A stretch of 64,000 nt of DNA from a bacterium (GCA_963693055.1 OY843751.1:3168001-3232000); one strand, 5' to 3'; counted from the first letter of the stretch, positions 1 to 9,980 are shown. Numbers and translations: made by a program. The notes: generated from the letters alone by a model not told the origin.

Positions 1-1
1 T

Positions 2-214
2 TTCATAATTTAATTCAATAAATCTTTTAATATCAGTATCGGCACGAACAACCATAACTTGAGTTTTTTTTATTGAATTAAACAATGAATTTAAACTTTT
101 TAAATTCTCAGTACCCAAACAAACCATCAACTGATCATTTAAATTCAAGAGTTGTTTAATATTTCTCAATTGTCCTTCAAGCAACAAGGACAACTGTTGA
201 TCATGTACAGACAT
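2..214 (-). CDS. Partial (runs off window edge) helical protein, FliT/FlgN-like export chaperone candidate
   Basis: Not in ORF track. Hand translation from ATG at 214 (GCGGA upstream): MSVHDQQLSLLLEGQLRNIKQLLNLNDQLMVCLGTENLKSLNSLFNSIKKTQVMVVRADTDIKRFIELNYE..., open to the edge. Leu-rich heptads; position after fliS-fliD-flaG. Confidence 0.6.
   Translation of the reverse strand, partial: MSVHDQQLSLLLEGQLRNIKQLLNLNDQLMVCLGTENLKSLNSLFNSIKKTQVMVVRADTDIKRFIELNYE
36..62 (-). promoter_or_regulatory. Possible internal sigma28 promoter
   Basis: TCAA-N15-GCCGATAC on minus strand, matching FliA consensus TAAA-N15-GCCGATAA, but inside the partial CDS; target would lie outside the window. Confidence 0.4.
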
Positions 215-241
215 ATCTAGTCCGCTTTTTTTAATTATTAC

Positions 242-646
242 CTAGTATTCCTTGTCAAACAAGACACCAATAACATCCTGCATTTTAGAAGCAATTCTCA
301 AAATCTCTTCACTTGGAATCTGTCTTACAACTTCATCCGTTTCAGAATTGATAATTTTGACAATCGTATCACCCGTTGATTCATCTTTTGAGAAATTCAA
401 ATGGGTTTCAAAATGCCGATTCAAATCTTCCAGTGCAACGATAGCTGCATCTATCTCATCTTGAGATACAGCAGAATCAGTTTCTTCTTCCGGTGGAGAT
501 TGAAGTTTTTGATCTTCTTTTTTGGTACTTTTGGTCAAATCCTTTGTTTCTTTAACCGCCGGCACCGGGTTTTTCTCCACGGATGGCACAGAAATTTGAC
601 TATAGGTGCTGAAATAACTAGCATTGTCAATACTTTCTACCATCAT
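242..646 (-). CDS. flaG: Flagellar protein FlaG
   Basis: LNFSKDESTG..IVKII...T.EVVRQIPSEEIL..A......GVLFD FlaG signature; adjacent to fliD. Confidence 0.92.
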   Translation of the reverse strand: MMVESIDNASYFSTYSQISVPSVEKNPVPAVKETKDLTKSTKKEDQKLQSPPEEETDSAVSQDEIDAAIVALEDLNRHFETHLNFSKDESTGDTIVKIINSETDEVVRQIPSEEILRIASKMQDVIGVLFDKEY

Positions 647-676
647 TGCTTACTCCTGTCAATTAGACAGTCTTTC

Positions 677-2473
677 TTAACTTGTATAGGAAGCAACTGA
701 AGCAAGGATACTATCCATTAAAGATTGCTGCTGAATAACTGCATTGTATGTATTTTGTAAAGCAGCATATTTTTCGATATAGTATTCTTGCAACCGCTCT
801 AAACGTTCTTCCTGTCGTTCAATGTTATTATCAATTGATTCAATTTGACTTTCGATACCCTCTTTACTGACATCAATAATACCATCAGTTTCAAGATACG
901 GATCGATCAACTCTGCGACTCTGGTTGCAATACCATCAGTTGAATTAAATAGATTTTGAACAGCCTGACTATCGTTTACCAAAAAATCTTCAAGCAAATC
1001 CGAATCAGCAATAGTCAAATTCATATCTTCATCAAACTCGATACCAATTCCTATTAAAGTTGATGGATCTCCCTCAGTTATGTCCGTTATTGTACTTGTA
1101 GCAATATTTAAAAGTGAGAAACGAACATCCCGAAAAACAGTTTCTCCGGTCAATGCACCGCGGGTATAAGTATCCATATCAATTTCAGAATTTGTTTTCA
1201 CAAATTCAAGGATACCATTAAACTTTGAAATAAAATTTTCAATATTCTTTTTAACCTGGGACGTATTCTTTGTTGATGAGATTTGAACTGAGGTTGTATC
1301 TGAATCTGTATAATCACCATTAGCAACCGTAACATCATTCAAGTTTATCTCAAGGCCATTCAATTCAAAGGTGTTACTGGATTTTGTAATCTCATTTGCA
1401 GAATCAGTACTATTGATTGTAAAAATCGCATCTTGTCCCAAATTTTGTACAACACCGTTAAATTTTAGCGATTCTGACAGAAAAGTACCCTCAACATCTT
1501 CAAACTGAATTTCACCACTTCCTTGTGTGTTCGAAGTGATCATTACTTTATCCAATGAATCATCATAAAAAGCTGTAACACCCGCTTCAGATGAATTGAT
1601 ACGGGAAATAATTTCATTTAACGTATCTTCGCCAGCATTCCAATCAATGGAAATTCCATTAATTTTAAAGCTGCCGGTATCTGACTCATCGAGTTCAGTA
1701 TCAAAATTCACTTTATGCAATAATACATCTGTCTGTAAACCAGTGGAAACAGGTGAATTCTGAGATGGCAAGTTACCATATTCACCAGTTTCCATATTAA
1801 TCGCTGTAAAAAATCCTACACCACTAGCACCTGCTGTTTCGGATATTGAAAGTTTTGTTGCAGAAGGATCATCATTTTCAATAAAAATTTTATCAAGCGT
1901 TTCATTATAATATATATTAACATTCGCAGTGCTATCGTTTCGAATATCTGTCAGCATGTCATTTACAGTTTCATAATCAGCCAGATTAAATTCTTTACCA
2001 TTGATAGTGATGGTTCCTGTGGCCTCTGTTTCAAAGCCAGCATCAGCGAAACTTTCATAAATATCCAGTTCGTCAGAACCGGCAACAACCTGAAAAGCAC
2101 TTGCTGCAGCAATAGAAGAATTCAATTGCGAGGTACTAATCATTGAAGTAGATGTTGCCAGTTGTTTAACACGAATGTTAAATGTTCCGACAGCAGCATC
2201 ATCATTGGCCTTGACAGATACGGTGTCACTGTCACTGGAAGATACAGATACAGCATTAAAGATAGTATTATCTTCAGTATCTGTAAAATCCTCAGCCAAA
2301 TCCTGCAAGTCTTCCAGGTATGTTGCCAGTTTGTCATAATAAGCTGTCTTGGCGTTTACTCTGTCTTTACGGTCTTCCAACTCGTAAATAGGTTCGCGCT
2401 CAAGAGACATTAGCTGACTAACATAACTCGTCAAACTACCGCTGGAATAAGATGATGTACTAATACTGGGCAT
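677..2473 (-). CDS. fliD: Flagellar filament cap FliD
   Basis: N-terminal LMSLERxP and VKQLAT; GQDAIFTIN, SNTF; C-terminal KYAALQ helix. Confidence 0.93.
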   Translation of the reverse strand: MPSISTSSYSSGSLTSYVSQLMSLEREPIYELEDRKDRVNAKTAYYDKLATYLEDLQDLAEDFTDTEDNTIFNAVSVSSSDSDTVSVKANDDAAVGTFNIRVKQLATSTSMISTSQLNSSIAAASAFQVVAGSDELDIYESFADAGFETEATGTITINGKEFNLADYETVNDMLTDIRNDSTANVNIYYNETLDKIFIENDDPSATKLSISETAGASGVGFFTAINMETGEYGNLPSQNSPVSTGLQTDVLLHKVNFDTELDESDTGSFKINGISIDWNAGEDTLNEIISRINSSEAGVTAFYDDSLDKVMITSNTQGSGEIQFEDVEGTFLSESLKFNGVVQNLGQDAIFTINSTDSANEITKSSNTFELNGLEINLNDVTVANGDYTDSDTTSVQISSTKNTSQVKKNIENFISKFNGILEFVKTNSEIDMDTYTRGALTGETVFRDVRFSLLNIATSTITDITEGDPSTLIGIGIEFDEDMNLTIADSDLLEDFLVNDSQAVQNLFNSTDGIATRVAELIDPYLETDGIIDVSKEGIESQIESIDNNIERQEERLERLQEYYIEKYAALQNTYNAVIQQQSLMDSILASVASYTS

Positions 2474-2489
2474 GGTTCATCTCCAAAAC

Positions 2490-2831
2490 TCAGGCAGCTT
2501 TTTGCTGCCGTAAAGCCTCTATCCAGGTATTTCGCAAGTCCGATAAAATTATTTGGGCTTTGCTGTATTCCTGTTTTTGAATTAATTGCATTGAATATTC
2601 ATATAATCTAAACAGACCAGTAGCGATCTCATTATATTTAAAATCAAGTGAATCTATTAATTGAGCAACAGCTTTGGAAGCTTTACGGTTATCATTCGCT
2701 TTGCAACCAACTATTGCCTGATCATATAAAAACAATACTAATTTCTCAGGTGATGAAGACATTACTTCATTTTCCTGATATGTATTTATTTTCCTCAACG
2801 TGGTACGTTGTGACACGTCTGAATATAGCAT
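2490..2831 (-). CDS. fliS: Flagellin chaperone FliS
   Basis: YQENEV.SSSPEKLVLFLYD, L..SLD...EIA..L..LYEY, LR.TW. Confidence 0.92.
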   Translation of the reverse strand: MLYSDVSQRTTLRKINTYQENEVMSSSPEKLVLFLYDQAIVGCKANDNRKASKAVAQLIDSLDFKYNEIATGLFRLYEYSMQLIQKQEYSKAQIILSDLRNTWIEALRQQKAA

Positions 2832-2865
2832 CTTATAACTCCCATAACGAAAATCATCCCATCAA

Positions 2866-2899
2866 TTTTGGCACGTCCACAATAAAAGACGTGCCAAAA
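2866..2899 (-). terminator. 12-bp perfect inverted repeat after fliC (leaky terminator or mRNA 3' stabiliser)
   Basis: TTTTGGCACGTC-N10-GACGTGCCAAAA; no long U tract follows on the mRNA strand. Confidence 0.65.
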
Positions 2900-2913
2900 A
2901 TTATACCAAACTA

Positions 2914-4140
2914 TTAACCAAACAGTGACAATACAGCTTGTGGCTGAGTATTTGCCTGAGCCAACATTGCTGTAGCAGTCTGTTGTAAGATCTGGAATTT
3001 AGTAGCTTCTAACTGCTCTTCTGCCATATCAGCGTCCATAATACGACTGTATGAAGATTGAGTGTTGATTTGAGCTACTGACAATGATTCTTCCTGGAAG
3101 CTGAGTCGGTTGAACTGACCACCAAGATAAGCCAATGCTTCCTGAACACCATCAATTGCAGAGTCTACTTTGGCCATAAATGCCTGAGATGACTCTTGGT
3201 CAGAAACACTGCTACCACCTTTTGCATAGTCAAAACCGATAGATAAGGATTGTTCTGTTGCTGTTGAAATTGCACCCAAGTCAATTGAAACACCTACTCC
3301 GAGATCAATTACTGCAGGATCTCCACCACCAGCAACTGTTGTTGTAAGGGTGTTGCCCACGTAATTTGTAGCACCATCAGTATCAGAATTGATATCCATC
3401 AGATTTCCTTCATCATCACGGATTTCAATACTGATTGTACCATTTGTAGTTACGCTAGCATTCATTGTATAGTGGCCTGTTCCCAATTCATCTGTTAAAG
3501 TATTGAATGTTGAGGAAGCAGCAAGTGATCCACTAATGCCGCCACTGGCACTATTATTTGATTCAGTTACAGAACCGGTAGCTGTTGCAGCTGCAACAAC
3601 ATCAAGACCTGAAGAATCCAACCCGGTAACACTAACATTACTCAATACATCCATTACCAGTTCGTCTTTAACAGAATCATTTCCTACACCAATCTGGAAA
3701 TTCATAGTGCCGGTAAGCATATTGGTACCAAACCAGTCAGCTTGTCCTACTTCTGCGTCAATCTGGGAGTTAAATTTTTGCAATTCTTGTAAAATTGCGG
3801 TTCTTTCACTTGTTCCAAGTGTATCGTTTGCAGCCTGAACAGCTTTGGTTTTCATCTGGTTCAAGATCTCCAAAACATTATTCAAGTGACCTTCAGCGGT
3901 CGTCATAACGTTTTTAGCATCACCAATGTTATCAATAGCCTGTCCAAGACCACGGGCCTTTGTATCAAGACCACCTGCGATGGCGAGACCAGCCGCATCA
4001 TCAGCTGCAGAGTTGATGCGTTTACCGGTAGCCAAACGTAACTGATGTGTACCCAGTTTTGAATTGATCGATTTTAACGAATTGAGTGCGCTCATCGCGC
4101 CTATATTCGTATTAATACGACTAAAATCTGCAGTTGCCAT
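2914..4140 (-). CDS. fliC: Flagellin
   Basis: RINTNIGA, RLATGKRINSAADDAAGLAI; C-terminal SRIMDADMAEE...QILQQ..AMLAQAN..PQ.VLSLF. Confidence 0.98.
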   Translation of the reverse strand: MATADFSRINTNIGAMSALNSLKSINSKLGTHQLRLATGKRINSAADDAAGLAIAGGLDTKARGLGQAIDNIGDAKNVMTTAEGHLNNVLEILNQMKTKAVQAANDTLGTSERTAILQELQKFNSQIDAEVGQADWFGTNMLTGTMNFQIGVGNDSVKDELVMDVLSNVSVTGLDSSGLDVVAAATATGSVTESNNSASGGISGSLAASSTFNTLTDELGTGHYTMNASVTTNGTISIEIRDDEGNLMDINSDTDGATNYVGNTLTTTVAGGGDPAVIDLGVGVSIDLGAISTATEQSLSIGFDYAKGGSSVSDQESSQAFMAKVDSAIDGVQEALAYLGGQFNRLSFQEESLSVAQINTQSSYSRIMDADMAEEQLEATKFQILQQTATAMLAQANTQPQAVLSLFG

Positions 4141-4146
4141 AATATA

Positions 4147-4182
4147 CCTCCTTGTTAATATTATTTAGGCGTCCATGCCTAA
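4147..4182 (-). promoter_or_regulatory. CsrA binding sites in the fliC leader
   Basis: mRNA hairpin UUAGGC-AUGGAC-GCCUAA (4165-4182) with ANGGA in a hexaloop, plus AAGGAGG SD (4147-4153); csrA and fliW are in the cluster. Confidence 0.8.
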
Positions 4183-4235
4183 TGGTCTAAATTGTTCACT
4201 GCATCATGAATAATTATTTGTCCTTTCAATAATAT

Positions 4236-4262
4236 TTATCGACTGGACGCATTAAAACTTTA
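4236..4262 (-). promoter_or_regulatory. sigma28 (FliA) promoter of fliC
   Basis: TAAAGTTT-N11-GTCGATAA, about 95 nt upstream of the fliC ATG. Confidence 0.9.
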
Positions 4263-4302
4263 ATTTATTACTTAAAAAAAGTAACAAATTAATGGAGGTA
4301 TA

Positions 4303-6030
4303 TTAAGAAGATTGTAGTTGTTCCAGGATATTTTGCAAAACCTGGAGGTTTTGCAAGACGCGGGAATTGTTAGGATCGAGTTTTAATACATTCTTGTACC
4401 CTGTTAATGCAACATCATATCTTCCGGATTTTGCATAACAAGTAGCAACATCTATTAAAACGTCAATATTTTGAGGATCATATTGTAAATATTTTGTATA
4501 ACATTCTATTGCTAGGTCAAATAATTCAAATTTTATTGCTGAACCCGCAATTTTTTTCATAATTTGATAATCATCCGAATATCTGATAATATATTCCGCA
4601 TGGTGAACAAAATTACCCTTTTCATTATTAACCGCACTAATTGTAGCAATTCCAACATGAGCGCCTTGATGATGCGGTTGAAGCAACAAAATACGCTTCC
4701 ATAATTCAACAGCTTGACTCTGATCTTTATTTACCAATTGAGTTGCAACTAAATTCATAATATGAACATCATTAGGGAATTTATCCAATCCCCTTTTCAA
4801 AATATCAATTGGATTACCAAAACCATTATACTTTAGTGCAATTCCAGCCCATTTTTCATAAAAAACGGGTTCAAGCGGTTTATTTTTCTCATAGTCTACT
4901 AACAAATTTTTGGCGTTATGGGGATCGTCCAGTTCTAATAAAAGACGAGCAAAAGCCGTATAATAAACGGGTATATCATCACGTAAATCAATGGCTTTTT
5001 CTAGTGCCGTTCGGGCGTTTTCAAATTCACCCAGGTAATAATAACAGTCAGAAATATTCCCCAAAGCTCGGTGATCAAAATCAAAAGAGTCAATTAATAC
5101 CAGAGTATGTTGAGGATTTTTCTTTTGTTCCCTGCTCAATTTAATAAATCGATTAAATTCTTCAATTGCTTCCCTGTACTTATGCAGGCCCTGCAATACC
5201 AGAGCATGTGCAAAAACCACATCAAGATTACGAGGATTTTTTTGCAACACCTTGTGTATCAACACTTCTGCTTTATCAAACTGCTTTAAACTTATCAGAC
5301 TATAAGCCGTATCGTTTGCAATCATTTGAAAGTGTAAATCATTCATAGTTTCACTACAGACTTTGAATGCTCTGGTTCCAAATTCAACTGCTTTTCTGTA
5401 TTTATGCTGAACACGTAAAATCCTAATATAGTTCTGATATGCAAAGGCATTGTCCGGTTTTTCTTCGAGTTGCTTTAATAACAGTGCAGACGTTCTTTTA
5501 AACTTGGCTTGCATTTGCTCATCTGTTAAATTATACCCATGATGGTAAATGCGTATATTGGTATGCAGCCAGGCAGAATTATGTACCAATTGGTTATGTA
5601 CAATGCCTTCATAATGCGCTTTCCCCTTCCGAAAAACCCGATGAGAATAATTTTTAGAAACACCATGAGGGCTGGAGCTTAACACCGCACAAAAAATAAC
5701 ATCATAAGAATCAGATTTGAGTGCATTTTTTAATAAAATTTTATCATTGGGATCTAATTCTTCATCTGCATCAATTACCATGATCCAATCACAGGTAGCA
5801 TATTGCAGGCTTTGATTTCTTGCCTTACTAAAATCCCCTTCCCAGGGATGATGATATACTTTAGCACCAAAGGATTCCGCAATTTCTACTGTTTTATCTT
5901 CTGAACCTGTATCTACAATAATAATTTCATCTACAACATCTTTAACACTTTTTAAGCATTTGGGTAAAAAGTGTTCCTCGTTTTTAACAATCATACATAG
6001 AGATAATGTGGGGTTGTCACTAACTGCCAT
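4303..6030 (-). CDS. GT2 glycosyltransferase with TPR repeats (likely flagellin glycosylation)
   Basis: SLCMIVKNEE, VDTGSEDKT, DFSKARN, IDADE, GIVHNQ, HHGY; C-terminal TPRs; adjacent to fliC. Confidence 0.88.
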   Translation of the reverse strand: MAVSDNPTLSLCMIVKNEEHFLPKCLKSVKDVVDEIIIVDTGSEDKTVEIAESFGAKVYHHPWEGDFSKARNQSLQYATCDWIMVIDADEELDPNDKILLKNALKSDSYDVIFCAVLSSSPHGVSKNYSHRVFRKGKAHYEGIVHNQLVHNSAWLHTNIRIYHHGYNLTDEQMQAKFKRTSALLLKQLEEKPDNAFAYQNYIRILRVQHKYRKAVEFGTRAFKVCSETMNDLHFQMIANDTAYSLISLKQFDKAEVLIHKVLQKNPRNLDVVFAHALVLQGLHKYREAIEEFNRFIKLSREQKKNPQHTLVLIDSFDFDHRALGNISDCYYYLGEFENARTALEKAIDLRDDIPVYYTAFARLLLELDDPHNAKNLLVDYEKNKPLEPVFYEKWAGIALKYNGFGNPIDILKRGLDKFPNDVHIMNLVATQLVNKDQSQAVELWKRILLLQPHHQGAHVGIATISAVNNEKGNFVHHAEYIIRYSDDYQIMKKIAGSAIKFELFDLAIECYTKYLQYDPQNIDVLIDVATCYAKSGRYDVALTGYKNVLKLDPNNSRVLQNLQVLQNILEQLQSS

Positions 6031-6047
6031 TATTTAAACCGTCTTTT

Positions 6048-8888
6048 TTAAGAAATTCGAATATTATTTTTTATTACTGCGTCTAAAATCTGCACCAAAC
6101 CGTTTAACAATGAAGCTTGATACCTGATAAATGATGGAAAGGTATTAATAGAGATGGTATTATCATTAAAATCAAGTTCTGAAATAAAACTTCCGGATTC
6201 ATTGGTAAACAAATCAAACACAACAGGTAAGGTTTTATAAACTATGGGTATTACATCTGTTCCATTACTTGCCATTTTGCCAAGTAATTTCAAAAAAAGG
6301 CCCATACTAAAAGTATCTATCATAGGCTTTTCTGTACTATTTTCAAAAGGGAATTCAAATTGATTAAAGTATTTGTTGATAAATGCATTAAAATAATGTT
6401 GATACTCGTAGCTAATATCAACATCATTTAAAAAAGTTGAACAATTTAAAAGTGCATTCAGATGATATAAATGGTCAGTCAAGGTTGCAACTTGACTTTT
6501 CTCTTTATCTTCATAGCCGTATACATATTTTTCAAGCAAACCATTTGTTGTAATATCATTGCTGCTTGCATATAGGGCTTTTTTACCCAAGGAAATCCAA
6601 TTCTCATTTTTATTTATTTGTCCCAATTGGATGAGCAAGTCCGCACAAAAGAGGTTACTGCTGTGGAGCTTGGCATCATCAAATTGAGTTAAACCAAAAC
6701 AAACTTTATTATCCCCCAGATCAGTCTTTGATAATGTTTTTTCAATAAAAACAGCAACGTCATTACATATTTGAAGATATTGTTCATCATTAAAAAAATG
6801 ATATAAATCTAAAAATCCTTTTGTAACCCAATATGTAGTATGAATATCAGGCACTGCTGTATGTATATCTTGATGTAAAAATCTATCATAGGGATATGCC
6901 CATCCAATACCTGCCTGGGTCTTGATCGATTGTTTCGCAAGTATTTCAGAGAGATACTCCAGACGGCTGTTTATATTTATATTTTCAATATCCCTGGGAA
7001 GCTTGCAGAATGATGTAAGAAACATTCCAAATGAATCAGGAAATACAACTTTGGTAATTCCAAGTTCATTACGAGAGGTTAAGGGATTTATATTCTTATT
7101 ATCGGCATGATACTTCTGTTCTTTGGAGAGTATTTGACCATTACGTACCATTTCATTAACAATTGAATCTACATCTGCAATATCATAACCGGCAAATCCA
7201 TTAAGTTTAATCCATTTGAAATGATTAATAATAATTTTTGATAAATTGATAACCAGATTTGACTGAACCAGCGTTCTTGACGTCAAAACATCAATAGGAA
7301 TTTCAATTTTATAATTGCCTTCAGAAATTATAGTTGCCTGCTCTTCACTTTTATTCAAAACAACTTGTAGTTTCTCAGCAACATTTTTTTGATCAGCAGT
7401 ATGACTTTGCCGGACTTTGGCAGAATAGAATTCTGTCATGACTTTATCATATAATGATTCTAACCTGTAAATTTGATCTTCATAAGTAAATATATACTCC
7501 TGAGGATCAAATTTATATTCCTCAACAAATCTATTGTTTATAATTTCAAGTACATCATGAACTGAATTAAATGTTCTGCCAACTCTATTTGTTGAAAAAA
7601 AATCTTGATAGGATTTTAAATTTGAAGTTAAAACAGGCAAGCCAGCAGCTAGATATTCAAAAAGCTTGTTAGCAATTGTTGTCTCTAAAAATGCCTTATT
7701 GCCCTGCTCAAGATTGAATGGTATAATTCCAATATCATATTGAGACATTTCTTTAATAATCTCTTTAGGGCAAACCGGGTCATAAATATGAATATTGGTA
7801 TAATTGGCAAAAAGTTTATCGACAGCCTCATTTTTATATGATGGATAAATATGAATATGTAAATTATTATTTATTGCCAATTGTGAAAACAGATCAAAAA
7901 AATTACGATGAGGATTACTACCTATACCTCCCTCATACACAAGATGTATGTGGCCATCCTTTTCTGATAATTTGGGTAAAAAACGGGTGGGCAGATCTGG
8001 TTGAGATGAATAATTGAATAAAACAATTGAATGATCTTTAATTCCATATTGTTTACTGGCAGTTTGTAATTGAAATGGAGTAGTATAAACTCTTCCATGA
8101 GCACCGTAATTTGCAATACTTTCAAAATATTTTAACGTTTCATTTTCCGGATCTCTTAACGAGATCAAGTCATGTGTATCATGAATTACAGGGCGTTTAC
8201 CTGCCAATGCGGTTACTGTCAGTATATCGGGTTCATTATGACAATGTACCAGATCGAAATTTCCCATTAATTCCCAGAGTTCTTTGTTTGATTTTATATG
8301 AAAATTCTGTGTATATACAGAATCAGACAGATCTTTATACATTTGGCTCAATTTTGCTTTAGAATAAGCAAGAGAAACCTTGTGACCTCGCTGGACAAGA
8401 GCGGTTGCGATTTTATAATTTCGTATACAGGGAGACTCTTGAACAAAAAGGATATTAAATTGTTTAGCGGGTGCTCTATAGTGATCTAACATAGAGTCTA
8501 GATTATTCTCTGCAACCAGCCCCCTGAGAAAATCCAGAGATCGTTTTTTATCAGGATTCAGATTAATACTTTTTTCAGCATACTCCCTAGCAGCTTCAGT
8601 ATTACCAAGAATTGCTAATACACGGGCATAGTTATAATTTGCATCAAAATGAAATGGTTCAAGATTCAAAACGAGTTGAAAATACTTTTTTGCCTGTTGA
8701 TATTCTTTAATTTTAAAATTAATAATACCGAGTTTGTTAAGTACATCCGTATTATTATTGTTAATACCCAGAGCCTGTAAAAGATATTTTTCAGCATCTT
8801 GCAGATTACCATTACGCAATGCAATATTTGCAGACTTTATAATATCCGCAAAATAAAGTTGAGAGTTTTTTGGTAAAGCTGAAGCCAT
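6048..8888 (-). CDS. TPR + GT-B (GT4-like) glycosyltransferase + C-terminal alpha/alpha-toroid-like domain
   Basis: N-terminal TPRs; DLVHCHN, DTHD, ANKLFEYLAAGLPVL; C-terminal ~400 aa helical region with GWAYPYD. Confidence 0.75.
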   Translation of the reverse strand: MASALPKNSQLYFADIIKSANIALRNGNLQDAEKYLLQALGINNNNTDVLNKLGIINFKIKEYQQAKKYFQLVLNLEPFHFDANYNYARVLAILGNTEAAREYAEKSINLNPDKKRSLDFLRGLVAENNLDSMLDHYRAPAKQFNILFVQESPCIRNYKIATALVQRGHKVSLAYSKAKLSQMYKDLSDSVYTQNFHIKSNKELWELMGNFDLVHCHNEPDILTVTALAGKRPVIHDTHDLISLRDPENETLKYFESIANYGAHGRVYTTPFQLQTASKQYGIKDHSIVLFNYSSQPDLPTRFLPKLSEKDGHIHLVYEGGIGSNPHRNFFDLFSQLAINNNLHIHIYPSYKNEAVDKLFANYTNIHIYDPVCPKEIIKEMSQYDIGIIPFNLEQGNKAFLETTIANKLFEYLAAGLPVLTSNLKSYQDFFSTNRVGRTFNSVHDVLEIINNRFVEEYKFDPQEYIFTYEDQIYRLESLYDKVMTEFYSAKVRQSHTADQKNVAEKLQVVLNKSEEQATIISEGNYKIEIPIDVLTSRTLVQSNLVINLSKIIINHFKWIKLNGFAGYDIADVDSIVNEMVRNGQILSKEQKYHADNKNINPLTSRNELGITKVVFPDSFGMFLTSFCKLPRDIENININSRLEYLSEILAKQSIKTQAGIGWAYPYDRFLHQDIHTAVPDIHTTYWVTKGFLDLYHFFNDEQYLQICNDVAVFIEKTLSKTDLGDNKVCFGLTQFDDAKLHSSNLFCADLLIQLGQINKNENWISLGKKALYASSNDITTNGLLEKYVYGYEDKEKSQVATLTDHLYHLNALLNCSTFLNDVDISYEYQHYFNAFINKYFNQFEFPFENSTEKPMIDTFSMGLFLKLLGKMASNGTDVIPIVYKTLPVVFDLFTNESGSFISELDFNDNTISINTFPSFIRYQASLLNGLVQILDAVIKNNIRIS

Positions 8889-8909
8889 GTATTCATCCTG
8901 AAAATAAAA

Positions 8910-9962
8910 TTAATCATCATTTGAAATTACAAAATCATCCAAAGAATCCAAATCAGTTGATGTTAATAATAAATTCTTGTAATGGTTTACTTTATTATCA
9001 TTTTTTAAACGATTGAAATAATCAACAAGATATTGACATACAGTATTGAATTGTTCCTGAAACGTTTTAGATTTAATTTCTATATTTTCGGCTTCCATTG
9101 TTACCCATTGTTCATAGGCAGAGACAGCTGAATCTATATTCTTCTTTTTCTCATAAGCTTTACCCAAATAGTATAAAGGATCTGAAAAATGTTGATCAAG
9201 TTTAAATGCATTTGCAAGCAGGGGTATGGATTGATTATTTAAACCCAATTCAAAACAGCAATAACCTAACTCATAATAAGCTCTGGAATTATTTTCATCC
9301 AGCATAATAACCTTGCGGAAATGGCCAATTGCGTGTTCATATTCTTTTGTGGTTTTATAAATATCTCCTAGTGCAAAGTGTAATTCTTTTTGGTCGGAAT
9401 GTGTAACCAATGCAATTTTCAAAACCTCAATAGCATCAGTGAAATTATTATAATAAAGATACAATTGTGCAAGATTAACTGCACTATTTAAAGATTTAGG
9501 ATCAATACGTAAAGCAGTATCATAAAATACAATAGCGTCTTGAGCATTGTCCAAAGCCTGGCAACACTCTCCCAGCAATTCATAGACCTGACTATCTTGA
9601 GTATTTAACAATACTACTTTTTTATAAAAAGTGGTGGCTTTTTCAAATTCATTTTCATTTTGATACAATAGGCCCAAGTTGTAATAAGCCTCAGCAAGGG
9701 TTTCATCAATTTGAACAGACTGCATTAGCACTTTTTCAGCCTCTGCATAATTACCCTGCAATATATTTATTACACCCAACTGACAATATAAAACAGCGGG
9801 TGAAGCAAAATTATCTTCCAAGGCATCAATTATTACTTTTGTTGCCTGATCAAATGCATCATTTTGAATGTGAGCTTTGATTATTTCTAATATCTGCTTA
9901 TCTGATTCTGATTCAACATTTAATTCTCTGATTTTTTCAGATAGTTTATTTGCAGCATCCAT
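8910..9962 (-). CDS. Tetratricopeptide repeat protein
   Basis: Repeated AYYNLG / LGxxY TPR patterns throughout. Confidence 0.85.
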   Translation of the reverse strand: MDAANKLSEKIRELNVESESDKQILEIIKAHIQNDAFDQATKVIIDALEDNFASPAVLYCQLGVINILQGNYAEAEKVLMQSVQIDETLAEAYYNLGLLYQNENEFEKATTFYKKVVLLNTQDSQVYELLGECCQALDNAQDAIVFYDTALRIDPKSLNSAVNLAQLYLYYNNFTDAIEVLKIALVTHSDQKELHFALGDIYKTTKEYEHAIGHFRKVIMLDENNSRAYYELGYCCFELGLNNQSIPLLANAFKLDQHFSDPLYYLGKAYEKKKNIDSAVSAYEQWVTMEAENIEIKSKTFQEQFNTVCQYLVDYFNRLKNDNKVNHYKNLLLTSTDLDSLDDFVISNDD

Positions 9963-9980
9963 ATTACTACCCTCATTACC

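Noticed and set aside
1-62. ATG-AAA at position 6 behind a sigma28-like box as the start of flgM
   Set aside because: The region lies inside an open frame from 214 to the edge, and no SD precedes the ATG; cannot be supported.
2866-2899. TGGCAC in both arms as sigma54 promoters
   Set aside because: No TTG at the -12 position on either strand; better explained as an RNA hairpin.
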